From Octopus vulgaris (taxonomy: Eukaryota): a stretch of 64,000 bases of DNA. Shown in pieces: positions 40,691 through 55,031 of this stretch; position 1 is the stretch's first letter; each line of letters begins with the position of its first letter. Location of the stretch: assembly GCA_951406725.2 (NCBI GenBank), contig OX597829.1, positions 43,896,001 through 43,960,000 of the forward strand, in the 5' to 3' direction. The notes below the pieces were generated by a model that worked only from the letters and a program-made list of their open reading frames with translations, was not told where the DNA came from and searched no databases. Position numbers and translations under genes: made by a program.

Positions 40691-41084
40691 CTATCTTCAC
40701 TTATTGAAATGTTTGATCTGATGTTCGATAACAAATCTGCATGATCTAGAACACCCTTATCATTTATCTGCTGTTGGCTTTACTTCAACTAGTTTATATC
40801 AAAACTTATAGTTAATTCTATTAGCCCCAGCCAGTTGTTACTGTCTTTCAGTTTTATAACTGACCGCCTGGTTGGTAAAAATTCTTCTCGCCTTATAACG
40901 CTAAAACATACCTTACCATCCGAAAGTATAGCTAGATTTCTGGTCAATGTTTAAGATAACCTGGAAATGGTACGTTACAGAAACCCAATTCGAAAGAGAC
41001 TATCGGCTTAAAGCATAAAATATCTATGTGCTTTATGCCATCAACAACACTGGTGGACGGAAACTGAAAGAAGCCCATCGTAAA

Positions 41085-41420
41085 TTCTTTTATTCATTTA
41101 CTTGTTTCAGTCATTTGATTGCGGCTAAGCTGGAGCACCACATTGAGGAGTTTTAGTCGAACAAATCGACCTTAGGAATTAATTCTTTTAAGCCGAGTAT
41201 TTATCAGTCACTTATACTGAACTTCTAAGTTACGGAAACCTAAACACACCAACACCAGTTGTGTTTACCGGTTGTCAAGCGGTAATGGGGGACAAATGCA
41301 GACACAAAGACACGTAAATATATATATATACATATACGACGGGTTTCATTCAGTTTCCGTCTACCAAATCCACTCACAAGGCTTTAGTCGGCCCGAGGCT
41401 ATAGTAGAAGACAATGTAGT
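41085..41420 (-). mobile_element. Diverged family A SINE nested in an opposite-strand family A copy
   Basis: plus copy 41053-41081 resumes at ~41441. Confidence 0.7.
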
Positions 41421-41581
41421 TGGGAATCAAGCTTCTTACCTGTGTGTGTGTGTGTGCTTTTATGTCTGTGTTTGTCCCACCACTACCGCTTGACAACCGG
41501 TGTTGGTTTACGTCCTCTTAACTAGGCGGCTCGATAAAAGTAGCCGATAGAATAAATACCAGGATTTAGAAAATGATTAAG

Positions 41582-42495
41582 TACTGGGGATCATACATAT
41601 AACTACAATCTCAAGGCACTGCCCCAGTATGGCCACAGTCCAATGACTGAAACAAGTAAAAAGTAAAGGATATACTGGGATTGATTTGTTCAACTAAAAC
41701 CCTTCAAGGAGGTGCTCCAGCATGGCCACAGTCCAATGACTGAAACGAGCAAAAGATAAGATATACTGGGATTGATTTGTTCAACTAAAGCCGTTCAAGG
41801 TGGTGCCCCAGCCTGGCCACAGTCCAATGACTGAAACAAGTAAAAGATAAAAGATATACTGGGATTGATTTGTTCAACTAAAACCGTTCAAGGTGGTGCC
41901 CCAGCCTGGCCACAGTCCAATGACTGAAACAAGTAAAAGATAAAAGATATACTGGGATTGATTTGTTCAACTAAAACCCTTCAAGGTGGTGCCCCAGCAT
42001 GGCCACAGTCACAATGACTGAAACAAGTAAAAGATAAAAGATATACTGGGATTGATTTGTTCAACTAAAACCCTTCAAGGTGGTGCCCCAGCATGGCCAC
42101 AGTGCAATGACTGAAACGAGCAAAAGATAAAAGATATACTGGGATTGATTTGTTCAATTAAACCCGTCAATCTAGAGCATTGGTTCCCAAAGTGGGCGAT
42201 ATTTCCCCCTTGGGTGGCGTTGAAGAAAAGTGAGGTGATAATGGGGTAGCGATTCGTGTAAGCCCAACGAAATCATGGGTTCATTAGGTCTTATTTGTGA
42301 ATTAAGTTGCTTTGAATTTGCTTCAGAAAGAGGTATATGTTTGTGAGAGTTAGTTGGGGTGGGAGCGCTAAGAATGTGGTCTGGGTGTCAAGGGGGCAGC
42401 AGTCCAAAAAAGTTTGGGAACCCCCTGATCTAGTGCCCTACAGTGGCCACAGTCTACTGACTGAAGCATGTGAAAGATAAAAGATAAAAGATAAA
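41582..42495 (+). repeat. Tandem array of the SINE A 3' tail (7 units of 91-94 bp)
   Basis: TACTGGG unit starts at 41582, 41673, 41764, 41857, 41950, 42044, 42137. Confidence 0.9.
42178..42427 (+). mobile_element. hAT-type MITE
   Basis: TIRs CATTGGTTCCCAAA / TTTGGGAACCCCCTG; 8-bp TSD atctagag / atctagtg. Confidence 0.8.
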
Positions 42496-42697
42496 GCAAA
42501 TATGATTTTAAAAAATGCAGTTCAGTTCACATTTATTATATGAGAATAGAAAGCGGTAAGCTGACAGAATTTTTAGCACACCTGACAAAATGCTTATTGG
42601 TATTTCTTCTGAGTTCTATTTCTGAGCTCAAGTTCCCTCAAGGTCAGCTTTGCTTTTCGTCCTTTCGAGGTCAATAATATATATATACATATATATA

Positions 42698-43106
42698 GGC
42701 GCAGGAGTGGCTGTGTGGTAAGTAGCTTGCTAACCAACCACATGGTTCCGGGTTCAGTCCCACTGCGTGGCATCTTGGGCAAGTGTCTTCTGCTATAGCC
42801 CCGGGCCGACCAATGCCTTGTGAGTGGATTTGGTAGACGGAAACTGAAAGAAGCCTGTCTCATATATGTCTATATATATAAGTGTGTGTGTATATGCTTG
42901 TGTGTCTGTGTTTGTCCCCCTAGCATTGCTTGACAACCGATGCTGGTGTGTTTACGTCCCCGTCACTTAGCGGTTCAGCAAAAGAGACCGATAGAATAAG
43001 AACTGGGCTTACAAAGAATAAGTTCCGGGGTCGATTTGCTCTACTAAAGGCTGTGCTCCAGCATGGCCGCAGTCAAATGACTGAAACAAGTAAAAGAGTA
43101 AAAGAG
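42698..43106 (+). mobile_element. SINE family A, full length, nested in a diverged family B copy (42552-43200)
   Basis: GGCGCAGGAGTGGCTGTGTGGTAAG...GTAAAAGAG. Confidence 0.9.
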
Positions 43107-44201
43107 TATATATATTAGTTGAGCCCTGAGGTCGATGAAATCAACTATATATTTTCTACTATAGGTACAATTTCAGGTCTTGTATGCTTAGTAGAAAGGA
43201 TAAATATATGACTAACAAATGACGAAGGGAAAAAATGATTACCGAATATATTACCACACTTCATTGACTCCTAAACTGCTTGAAACTGAAGAAAGAAGAG
43301 TTCAGATATCTGAAGACTAAAATATAGATTTACTACCTAAGCATCATAAAAGGGACCCTTTTTCCCAACACAGCAATAAAAAAGAAAAACCACGTGACTG
43401 CAAAACAACGTGTCTATCCAGACGCTGTCATCAACGTGACATTCGGAGAGACGGAGGAAATAGGTTGAACAAAACGAAAATAAGCAAAGAAAAAAACTTT
43501 AAAAAACCCCCCAAAAAAAACAATGAATAACTATGTTTGCGTACGTGAGGAGTTTAAGTTATAAGCTCCACTGCTATTTATCCCCGGCATTAACTGGTTG
43601 AAGATTACAAAATAACTCTAGTCCGTTTATATCTTTATCATCGGAGCTTAACCATGATATAATGGTCTATTTGAAAAAAAAAAAAAAAAGGTATGAGGTG
43701 CCGAATGAGGTGGGAATCAATTGTGTCAATGATGATGAAGAAAAAAAAAAAAAAAAAAACCAATTCGATTGAAGAAATACAGCAAAAGAACATTTGTATA
43801 CAATTGTTTCAAACTTTCCAAACAAAAAATATTGGCGGCGCCTGAGCAATCCAGAATCTTTATATTAAAATTACAAGAAAAAAAAAAAATGATTTTTTTT
43901 TTTTGGTTTCGTTGGACGCCATATTTTACAATTATAATATGATTTGTTTTGGGTTTTTTTTTCATGTTAAATTCGAGCTAATTCATGTAGATGAGATATA
44001 AAGTAATGATTGCCACAGTTAAACATCTGATTCGAATACATGATAGGGAAGATTTGTGTAGTTTTATGAGATATATAATCTTTGTACAGACACAAGAAGT
44101 ATTAAATCGCAACACAAAATCCAGATTGTCTCAGACGGAATAAACAAAGGCAATCAGCGAACATAATTATATGCAATGATATAGACACACACTCATATGT
44201 T

Positions 44202-44256
<55 letters not shown>

Positions 44257-44296
44257 ATATATATGGATAGATAGATAGATAGATAGATAGATATAG

Positions 44297-44350
<54 letters not shown>

Positions 44351-44405
44351 TTATAGATCTATATATATGTCTAAATATGTTTGTGTGCATGCACCCACAC
44401 ACACA

Positions 44406-44480
<75 letters not shown>

Positions 44481-45139
44481 TTATCAATATACAGATATAT
44501 GCAAAATACATATCTATCAATGTATCTATATTTACCAATCTAACTATCTATCTAAGCATATATGTGTGTGTTGGTGTGTGTGTGTGTGTGTGTGTGTGTT
44601 TGTTTGTGTGTATGTTTATCTATTTATTTATTTATTTATGTATGTATGTATAAATATATAGAGATAGATATAGTTATGCATGCACAAATATAAGCCCGCC
44701 TTTTTTATACATGCATACATACATACAAATAAATATACATACATACAATCATGCATACATTTTGACAGTGACTGATACATTTTGACAAATATTTCCCGCC
44801 TCTTTTTTCATTCTCACTAGCATTTCTGACTATCTTTCCATGACTTCTAAGATGACTCTTAAGTCCCATTTCAGAACTGTATGGTTGGAAGCATAGGCAA
44901 CAGTCGAAAGCTGTAACTTACTCCGTGCGTGTGTTAGAATCTCAAATTTTGAATTTACATGTTGTGTATAACCCTAGTAGTATGCCGGTAAAGCACGTTT
45001 ACTGCGTATGGTTACCTAGTGTCATTGGATCTACATCAAAACTTTTTCAAGATATACAGGTACACTGAAGAATTCCTGATATCGATCAAGCGACGATTGC
45101 ACAATTACCGTATCTGTTTTATATATATATGTGTGTATA

Positions 45140-45558
45140 GGCGCAGGAGTGGCTGTGTGGTAAGTAGCTTGCTAACCAACCACATGGTTCCGGGTTCAGT
45201 CCCACTGCGTGGCATCTTGGGCAAGTGTCTTCTGCTATAGCCTCGGGCCGACCAATGCCTTGTGAGTGGATTTGGTAGACGGAAACTGAAAGAAGCCTGT
45301 CGTATATATGTATATATATGTGTGTGTATGTGTTTGTGTGTCTGTGTTTGTCCCCCTAGCATTGCTTGACAACCGATGCTGGTGTATTTACGTCTCCAGC
45401 ATGGTGTATTAGCGGTTCGGCAAAAGAGACCGATAGAATAAGTACTGGGCTTACAAAGAATAAGTCCCGGGGTCGATTTGCTCGACTAAAGGCGGTGATT
45501 CAGCATGGCCGCAGTAAAATGACTGAAACAAGTAAAAGAGTAAAAGAGAGTAAAAGAG
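45140..45558 (+). mobile_element. SINE family A, full length
   Basis: consensus match. Confidence 0.9.
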
Positions 45559-46024
45559 TATATATATTTATATGAAGAGGGTGAGAATTTTGACGGACCG
45601 TTTTCCGGTTTATTGACTACTCTACAAATTGGGAAGGGATACTAGTTAAACTTTCATAAGATAGACGAGGGTGATCGCACCGTGAAATGATCGAGCAAGG
45701 AAAATTTCTATTCTGTTATCTACACGTATGGAAATCATAGCTGGAACGTGTCGCGCAAGAATGAAATTATCCAAACTGTGAAGGCGGTGGGGTGGCTGCG
45801 TTCTAAGAAGCTGGTTTCTCAACGATGTGCCCTTAACTTTATTCCCACTGCTGGGATGCCTTGTACAAGTGTCTATCACTATAGCCCTGTGCCATCCATC
45901 CATCCATCCATCCATCCATACATACATACATACATACATACATACGTACATACATATAGGCACACGTGCACATATACATACATCTATGTAAATATGTGTG
46001 TGTGTGCGTGTACTAGTGTGTATA

Positions 46025-46078
<54 letters not shown>

Positions 46079-46079
46079 C

Positions 46080-46209
<130 letters not shown>

Positions 46210-46366
46210 AACTTTTATGTGCACAGTTTGTGACAGACCATACTTGCTTTTGCTGGGCTCAAATCTCATTTGCGAACCCATGGAAAACGAACCTCCACTA
46301 TCTATTCTGCCTATATATATCTGTGCATACCTGTCAACACCACACACTCACACACACGCATACACA

Positions 46367-46402
<36 letters not shown>

Positions 46403-47147
46403 ACCACACACACACATTTAGACTTTTCAATATTGTGCTGCAACATGGCCACAGTCTAAAGACTGAAATGAATAAAACTCTGAATATCAAGGGTAACGAT
46501 GATGGTGATGGAACCAGATAACGTCGCGTGTCATGATCCGTTTATTCCAGTTGAGGGATTTACCAGAGTATAGCTTGGGGTATGGAGGTGCGATCTGTAG
46601 TGGATTTCGATCCAGGATCACAGGGCAATGTTTCGTTTAGGCATAGCAATTATAATAACTTAGTGTTCAACCTCAACCTATAAGGTTCAGTCTTGAGAGC
46701 ACAACAACCTATAGCGGAAACGGATGTAAGCTGATGATATTCATTGCATAATTTATAGTCCCTATGTCATGCTTTTAACATAAGTGTGTGTGTATCTGTG
46801 TGTGTATATGACTGTGTTTGTGTGTGTGTGTTTTTAAATATGTATATATCTGCTTGTGTGTGTGTGTGTGTGAGAGAGAGAAAGAGAGAGTATACATATG
46901 TCTGTGTCTCTGTGTTTGTCCTGCACCACCGTTTGACAACCAGTGCTAGTTTGTTTACGTCCTCGAAAGTTTAGCAGTTCGTAATTTAACTCATAGAAAT
47001 AAGTAATTGTGAAGATTCGTTCGACTCTGTATGTATGTGTGTGCGTGAGTGTGTGTGTGTATGTGTGTGCGTACGTGTGCGTGTGTAAATGCAGAGATAC
47101 ACACACACATAACCTCATTCTCACGCACGTACACACACTCACAAAAC

Positions 47148-47289
<142 letters not shown>

Positions 47290-47686
47290 ACACTCACAAT
47301 ATTGGCCGCAGTCCAAAATACTGAAACAAGTAAAAAAAAAAATGAAAGATAAACGTCAAAAAGTTTTATCGAACAATCTGGAAATTCGAAATTCGTTACA
47401 CGCTTTCTCTGAAGATTAACAACACAACAACGAGAAGTGTACACGTTCAGCAGACAAGACAATATACGACATAGATGACAGGGAATTTCTGCCTAAAAAA
47501 AAAAAACAAAAAAAATCTTCACTTTATATAATGTATTCCCGAATTTATGAAATAGACAAGATGGTCACGACAAGAACGACTTCATAGACCTGAAGGATTT
47601 AGAGATTTCAGTAAACGTTCTGCTGGAGCTAAAAGCGATAATAATAACAATATATTAAAAAAAAGTGAAGAGACTGTAAAAAAAAT

Positions 47687-47974
47687 GCAGGAGTGGCTGT
47701 GTGGTAAGTAGCTTGCCTACCAACCACATGGTTCCGGGTTCAGTCCCACATGGCATCTTGGGCAAGTGTCTTCTGCTATAGCCCCGAGCCGACCAATGCC
47801 TTGTGAGTGGATTTGGTAGACGGAAACTGAAAGAAGCCTGTCGTATATAATTGAACAGCCGAAATTTGCTATGATGGTTCGGTGTCTGACTGAAGATTGA
47901 AGGCTTCGAATGATTTGTCTGTGTTCCGTGTTCGTCCCTTCCTGTGTTTCACGTTCATTATATAAACATTCATT

Positions 47975-48051
<77 letters not shown>

Positions 48052-48270
48052 TTGTGTGTCTGTGTTTGTCTCCCTAGCATTGCTTGTCAACCGATGCTGG
48101 TGTGTTTACGTCCCCGAAACTTAGCGGTTCGGCAAAAGAGACCGATAGAATAAGTACTGGGCTTACAAAAGAATAAGTCCCGGGGTCGATTTGCTCGGCT
48201 AAAGACGGTGCTCCAACATGGCCGCAGTCAAATGACTGAAACAAGTAAAAGAGTAAAAGAGTAAAAGAGT
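47687..48270 (+). mobile_element. SINE family A with a ~130-bp foreign insert (47850-47977) in its (TA)n middle
   Basis: head 47687-47848; tail resumes after (TA)n at ~48035. Confidence 0.85.
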
Positions 48271-48379
48271 AATGATCGAGTTTATATTAATCTTTTTAGA
48301 AATATTGTTTGTTTGTTTGTTTGTATTTATTGTGTATTTATGTGTGTGTGTGTGTGTCTGCATTCACACACACACACAA

Positions 48380-48421
<42 letters not shown>

Positions 48422-48639
48422 TACTTAATTTTCCTCGGATACACGCGCCACTGCCTCAATGTCACATTGGTTACTCTGTTGTTATCTTTTATCATATTCG
48501 TACATCTGTGTATATTTACACGCGCGCTAGTGTGTGTGTGTGTGTGTGTGTGTGTTCTATTATTTTCTTTTGTTTCCCTCTTTTTTGTTTGTTTTTGCCT
48601 TACGCTTTTTTTTTTTTCGTTCCTGTTTTGTATTGCGGG

Positions 48640-48960
48640 TCTATGCGAAGCTGCCGGAGTACATTTCAATCTAAACTTAGCGACGAAGATATAAACAGAT
48701 AAAAATCCCCAACAACAGTGATCTGTTGACGAAACGTGCCGGAAGTATGACGATGCGAGGTTCATTTGAGTTCAGCAAGGACCGAATTAAACGTAAAACA
48801 CAAACAGACACCCTCGCTAATCCCTCATAGCATCGTCCCCCGATTTCTATAACCCCCTCCCCCTCTTTCAAAAGGAGTTAGATATGTAGAGAGAGAGAGA
48901 CTACATACAAATGAGTAAGACAGAGCGGGCGCCAATCTTCACGTCAAGCACAACCGACAA
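48640..48960. promoter_or_regulatory. Candidate promoter/enhancer island
   Basis: unique CpG-containing block with ETS GCCGGAAGT (48738-48746), CCAAT (48932-48936) and CRE-like CACGTCA (48940-48946). Confidence 0.3.
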
Positions 48961-49479
48961 ATGTAAATTTAAATATAAGAAAAGTATATTATATAAAATA
49001 TAATTAATTAATAAGGGTGAGAGAATTAGATACTAATTTAATAGTATATCTATTCAACACCAAGTGGCCTAGTGCTCCGAGAAACCTGGATTATTATAAT
49101 ATTTTATAATATATTATAATATTTTTACAAAATAAATATAAGAGAGTGGTCACTATATGGCTCACTCTAGCACCAGTTAATCCAAAAGGTTTCAACCACG
49201 AAAATACATGTTTCCCATGAAAGTCAGTACGATATAAAATATTGTAGCGCGCATGCGTATGTGTGGGTGTGCATGCGCGCATGCGTATGTGTGGGTGTGC
49301 ATGCGCGTATGTGTGCATGCGTGTGTAATATATTTATTATCAAATGTTGGTTTCAAAGGGGAAGGGGCTAGTCGATTGCATTCGACCCCAGTACTCAACG
49401 GGTACTTTTTTTTATTAATCTTGGAAGGATGTAGAATCGACCTCGCCGGAATTTTACAACAGGACCTGTTAAAATACTT

Positions 49480-49691
49480 TCTTTTACTTGTTTCAGTCAT
49501 TTTTGACTGTGGCCATGCTGGAGCACCGCCTTTTTAGTCGAGCAAATCGACCCCCCCAGGACTTATTCTTTGTAAAAGCCTAGTACCTATTCTATCGGTT
49601 TCGTTTGCCGAACAGCTAAGTTACGGAGACGTAAAGACACCACCATCGATTGTGAAGCGATGTTGGGGGACAAACACAAACACACAAACAT

Positions 49692-49722
<31 letters not shown>

Positions 49723-49730
49723 TACACACA

Positions 49731-49797
<67 letters not shown>

Positions 49798-49876
49798 TAA
49801 TGCGACGGGATTCTTTCAGTTTCCGTCTAGAAGACACAGAACCATATAGTTAGTAAGTACGCTACTTACCACACAG
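49480..49876 (-). mobile_element. SINE family A with head deletion
   Basis: reverse complement of consensus. Confidence 0.8.
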
Positions 49877-49909
49877 TAATACAACTTATAAAATGGCAAA
49901 TAAAAAAAC

Positions 49910-50537
49910 GTAATATTGGGTTTCAAATTTTGGCTCGAAGCCAGCAAATTTGAAGGAGGTAGTAAGTCGATTATTTCGACCCCAGTGTTCAAATGGCACT
50001 AATTTTATCGACACCGAAAGGATGACAGGCAAAATCGACTGGACAGAATTTGAACTCAGAACGTAAAGACAGACGAAATGCCGATAAGCATTTTAGCCAC
50101 CGTCCCAACGATTCTGCCAGCTCGCCGCCTTAATAATAATCCTTTCTACTAAACGCACAAGGCCTGAAATTTTGGAGGCGGAGACAAATCGATTACATCG
50201 ACCACAGTGTTTTACTGGTACTAAATTTATCGACCCCAGAAAGGATGAAAGGTAAAGTCGACCTCGGCGGAATTTGAATTCATAACGTAGCACCGGCAAA
50301 ATACCTCTTTCTTTACTACCCACGAGGGAATAAACACAGAGAGGACAAACAAGGACATACAAACGGATTATGTCGATTACATCGGCCCCAGTGCGTAACT
50401 GGTACTTATTTACTCGACCTCGAAAGGATGAAAGGCAAAGTCGACCTCGGCGGAATTTGAACTCAGAACGTAGCGGCAGATGAAATACTGCTAAGCATTT
50501 CACCCAGCGTGCTAACGACTCTGCCAGTTCACCGCCT
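49910..50537 (-). mobile_element. Tandem/nested cluster of about three family B SINEs
   Basis: repeated GAAAGGATGAAAGGCAAAGTCGACCTCGGCGGAATTTGAA blocks. Confidence 0.85.
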
Positions 50538-51454
50538 TTACCGCCATAATATTGATCAATACATGACGAGTCTGTGAGTTTATAATGTGGATAAGGAAGC
50601 TGGTGGGTTTCCTTATTGTTGCCTTTCTTTATTTTCTTTCTCTTTGATTTCACTGTACAACAAATTTTTAATTTTATTTAATTTTATCAATTTTTTTGTC
50701 GTATTTTGTCACTAAGTAATTTTTTTTTATTTGCTTCTATCTAGAAATCAAAGAAAATGGCTGCTATTATCTTCAAACTTTGTTTCTGTGATCTGGACAT
50801 AAATGATTTGAAACCGATCTATTTTCCATTACATTTCAGACAGATTCAGTGCTGAGCTGCTGAAGCAGAAATATCGTTACTGCAAATATTCTGCTCAATA
50901 TCACAGATTTGTTTGTCCGTTGTTTGACCTTAACCACTTGAGCATATCCCTTAGTGGTTGACAATATGTGCATCTCTGATCATTAGCAGGAGAAGAGAAA
51001 GCGAGGAATTATAGTCATATGTTGAGAGGGATTCTTTGAGGGTTTGAATAAATTTAATAAACGCAAAGTTTGAAGGAATTATAAGACATTTTGATATTTC
51101 CTAAGGGAAAGCAAATAGGAAATAACAGTTGATACACAAGGACAAAAATCCTGTTACCCAGTGTTTTCAAAGAGATATTCACATCAGCAGGACAGCTGGC
51201 CTCTATGATAGAACATATTTTTTCCTGTCTGTCTCAAACAACAATATCCGGCCTGTTATGTTTACACTCGACAGATGTTTTGATGAGAATGTTCCACTAG
51301 TATTCCTTGTTCAGATATTTGTGTATGTATTCAATAAAATGGGTATTCTGTATGTTTATTCCAGGACGGTCTTTTTCCCAAATGGCAGTATATATTATTT
51401 TTACGACAACGTCCTGTCACACAGGGAGGTAATACCTCGTTACACAACGTCGTA

Positions 51455-52258
51455 GGTACAACATCATGTCACATCAGTAGATATTACAGTGATGACATTT
51501 TCGGACAACTGCTTATGATGCGGGTGATATCTTCGATGTTAACTCCATAAAATCTGCATCAGCTCTCACATTTTTACTGCTTTTCCTACATCTCTGTCCC
51601 ATTTGTGTATCAGGTATTTCGGTGATATTTCCTGTTCCTGAATCACAAACACATACCCTTCAAAATAGGAGATTGTAATCCGGTTGTTCCTCCATGATAG
51701 ACTGCTTTGATGATCAATGTTACTGTAATTTCTGAACTTTCTTCTAACATATCCATGCATAGTCTTCTCATATACACTCATCCTTTCATCTGATGATACG
51801 TTGCGGTAGAGACGTGCGACTTCTTTGGGCAAGTATTCTAGGTTATCAGACAACGAATGCTGCTCAAGGAGCTGCTTTCCAAGTCTTATGATGTTATCTG
51901 TCTCATGTATGCAAACTTGGTCAAGGGATGCCCTTTGACCCTTGGTGGTTAAAAGATGTTGCCGAAGGGGCATGATGCGTCGTATCATATCGAAACACAG
52001 AGGTATTTTGGTTTGATGTTAAGCCTCTGTTGATTTGTTTTCCTTTTTAGGTAGAGACGCTCTATATCACTGCTGATGTGGAGATTATATATGCTTGTTA
52101 TAATTTTTGGGGCTTTCACACCAATGGCTAGGGTCTCATCAACTGTCCAATCAAGCAGCCCAAATGTTGGTATGACTGCTGGTACAGCAAACAAACTATG
52201 GGTCACTGTTTTATTGAATGCAGAGAGTTCCGAGGTCCAAATTTTCTTTCTTCGGCTG
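51455..52258 (-). mobile_element. Decayed R4/Dong-like non-LTR retrotransposon fragment (post-RT region to CCHC)
   Basis: AVPAVIPTFGLLDW...SDIERLYLKRK, MHGYVRRK...EGYVFVIQEQEI, CRFYGVNIEDITRIISSCPK...HDVV; frameshifts and stops. Confidence 0.7.
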
Positions 52259-53320
52259 TAATATTCTCTCTGTGTGTATGTACGTGTATGAGTGTGTGTG
52301 TGTGTATATATATATGTATGTGTTTAGATATATTATCTGTTTATGTATGCATACAACTATATATGCACATTGGTGTGTCTAGTGAGAGAGACAAACAGAC
52401 AGACACAGAGAAACGGATATATAGATGTCATCCAATCAAATCGAAGAATCACACAGCGATATAGTAGAGGCGATGTCTGTCGTGGTGGAAGGAAGAAGGA
52501 AGGATAGAGCTTCTGGTTTTGAAGGTAGTGTTGAGATTTATATTAAATAACATCAGGAGCAGTAAGCTCGGAAAATCCTCGCTATTCTTGTTCTTGTTGT
52601 TGTCGGTAATGGTGATGCAGCTTCTGTTGGTGGTGCTGTTGCTACTCTCATTGTTTTCCTCTGTTCTATGTGCTGTTGTAGTTCCCTAGTTCCTGGTAGT
52701 AGTGATGGTGGTGATAGTGGTGGTATTGCTGGTGGTTGTGTTTTGGTGGTTGTATTTCTATTTCTTTTTTCCCTTTTTTTTTTTGGCTTAGTAGTTTTGC
52801 CATAGTAGCTGTTATGTTTTTATATTCAGTCTGAAATATCGGTGCTTTTGTTGTCATGGCTACATGTATCGCTATCACTTTTCAACCGCAGATGCTTTCA
52901 GAACCACCAGTAGATTTACAACTACTCTACAACCAAGTCTGCTACATTCGTTTATACTTTTTTTTCTTCCTCATTCTCTCATGTTTCACCGTCGAATATC
53001 ATTAAATAGCTATTTGGATATAATCTTCATTTCGTTGTTTTCACCGCACCGCCCAATAAAAATCGAAAATGCTTGTCACCCCAATTGCGGTGTTGATGTG
53101 TAAATATAACTTACTTTAAGAAGAAACTAATGTACACTTGATCACAATAGTCAACACATATTAAATAAACAGATTACTGAAAGGGTGGAAGAAAAACACA
53201 AGAAATTTTGGCATTAGCATGAATGCTTATGTATACATATACATACATACATGCATACATACATACATATACATACACACACATACAAACACACAGACAA
53301 AGTCACAGACACACACATAC

Positions 53321-53485
<165 letters not shown>

Positions 53486-53537
53486 GTGCGTGCCTGCGTT
53501 TATGCGCGGTTGTGTGTGTATACATACATGCAAATAT

Positions 53538-53580
<43 letters not shown>

Positions 53581-53612
53581 CGCGTATATAAACATACATG
53601 CATACATTCATG

Positions 53613-53644
<32 letters not shown>

Positions 53645-53858
53645 TTCATATATACATACATCTATAGGTATGGGCACACACATATATACTCATGTATATG
53701 TGTCTATGTATGTATATATGTTTGTATATATGTGTATGTGTATGTATATACAAACATATACACATACACATACACATACATTATGTATATACGTATGAAT
53801 GAATGAATGTATGTATTGATGTATGTATGTATGTATGTTTGTCTGTATAAATACCCCT

Positions 53859-53896
53859 GCCTCAGTGGTGCAATCGGTTAGCGCTTCTTATTTATT
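53859..53896 (+). pseudogene. 5' tRNA fragment (Ile-TAT-like or Asn-like)
   Basis: GCCTCAGTGGTGCAATCGGTTAGCGC matches the D-arm GTGGCGCAATCGGTTAGCGC; no T-arm found. Confidence 0.45.
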
Positions 53897-54299
53897 AGAT
53901 AATAAATTCTTTGTGCTATAATGTAACTGCGGCAATGGACCATTCCAATGAAATTCAACATTTCAAATTTACCCCCAAAAGATGAGTAATATAGCTCCAA
54001 AGTTATTACCAGCCAGATTTCAAGACCATTAAAAATTTCAGGCAATTTTCAAACTTTACGAAATATTGAGTCTCTTTTATATTTAGGGTAAACATCATTC
54101 CAAACAGGTTTGATACCATACCTTGGAAGTCGCTCAGACACTATGCCAACCAAAATTTGTAAAAAATCAACGTATTGGGGACTATTTTTATAATAAGGTT
54201 TAGATAGCTATTACTTAATAGCAACAGATGGTAAGCATCCCTTCATCTCTAGTCTTACAGTAAGGTTTAAAATCTGAAATTTAAAAAAAACGATAAAAG

Positions 54300-54596
54300 T
54301 CGCCTTTTTCAAGCCTTAGCTCATGGGGCCGGTTTCCCGGTTTCTGTGGCGTATGTTCCCCCCAGCTGGACGGGACGCCAGTCCATCGCAGCGTTACTCA
54401 ATAAACAGGAAGAGAGAGTGAGAGAAATTTGTGGCGAAAGAGTACAGCAGGGGTCATAACCACCCCCTGCCGGAGCCTCGTGGAACTTTTAGATGTTTTC
54501 GCTCAATAAACACATACAACGCCCGGTCTGAGAATCGAAACTGCGAGCCTCCGACCATGAGTCCGCTGCCCTAACCACTGGGCCATTGCACCTCCA
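54300..54596 (-). mobile_element. tRNA-derived SINE, family C (V-domain-like)
   Basis: head GGAGGTGCAATGGCCCAGTGGTTAGGGCAGCGG; GCGATGGACTGGCGTCCCGTCCAG resembles the V-SINE domain. Confidence 0.75.
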
Positions 54597-55031
54597 CTTG
54601 AAATCTTAATAGGACACATAAATTCACTTACTTAAAAGCATGTTTTCTTGTGCAATATGTGGGTCAAAACGGAGTAACGGGGAAAATCAATTTGGTGTTT
54701 GATTTTTTTCCCGATTTTTGAACCAGAATAACTTCGTATCACTAAACTGAAACTATATAAGATTACGTATATTCTAAAAATACCCCGAATAGTGAATAAA
54801 AAAATGGGTAAATCTACAGTATTTGAAACTATTCTAAATATCAATTTTCATGCCTTGCAAACGATTCAAAGTGGAAACTTCCATTTTTGTGTGTAGTTTA
54901 GAGATGCGGAAATCACTGTATGACAATTAAGAAAACTTTCAAATCTGAAAATCCTTGGAGATTGAACCCTTGACTATGCAACAACAACAATGTGATTGGC
55001 AAATGGAGCCTCATACTTTCATAACATCTTT

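Noticed and set aside
45059-45109. CTGAAGA with GGTA/TACC flanks and near-palindromic ATTGCACAAT
   Set aside because: No GAAA and no stem II; at best a very decayed relic.
47885-47920. CTGAAGA...GAAGGCTTC-GAAT motif
   Set aside because: GAAA is broken and stems I and III do not form.
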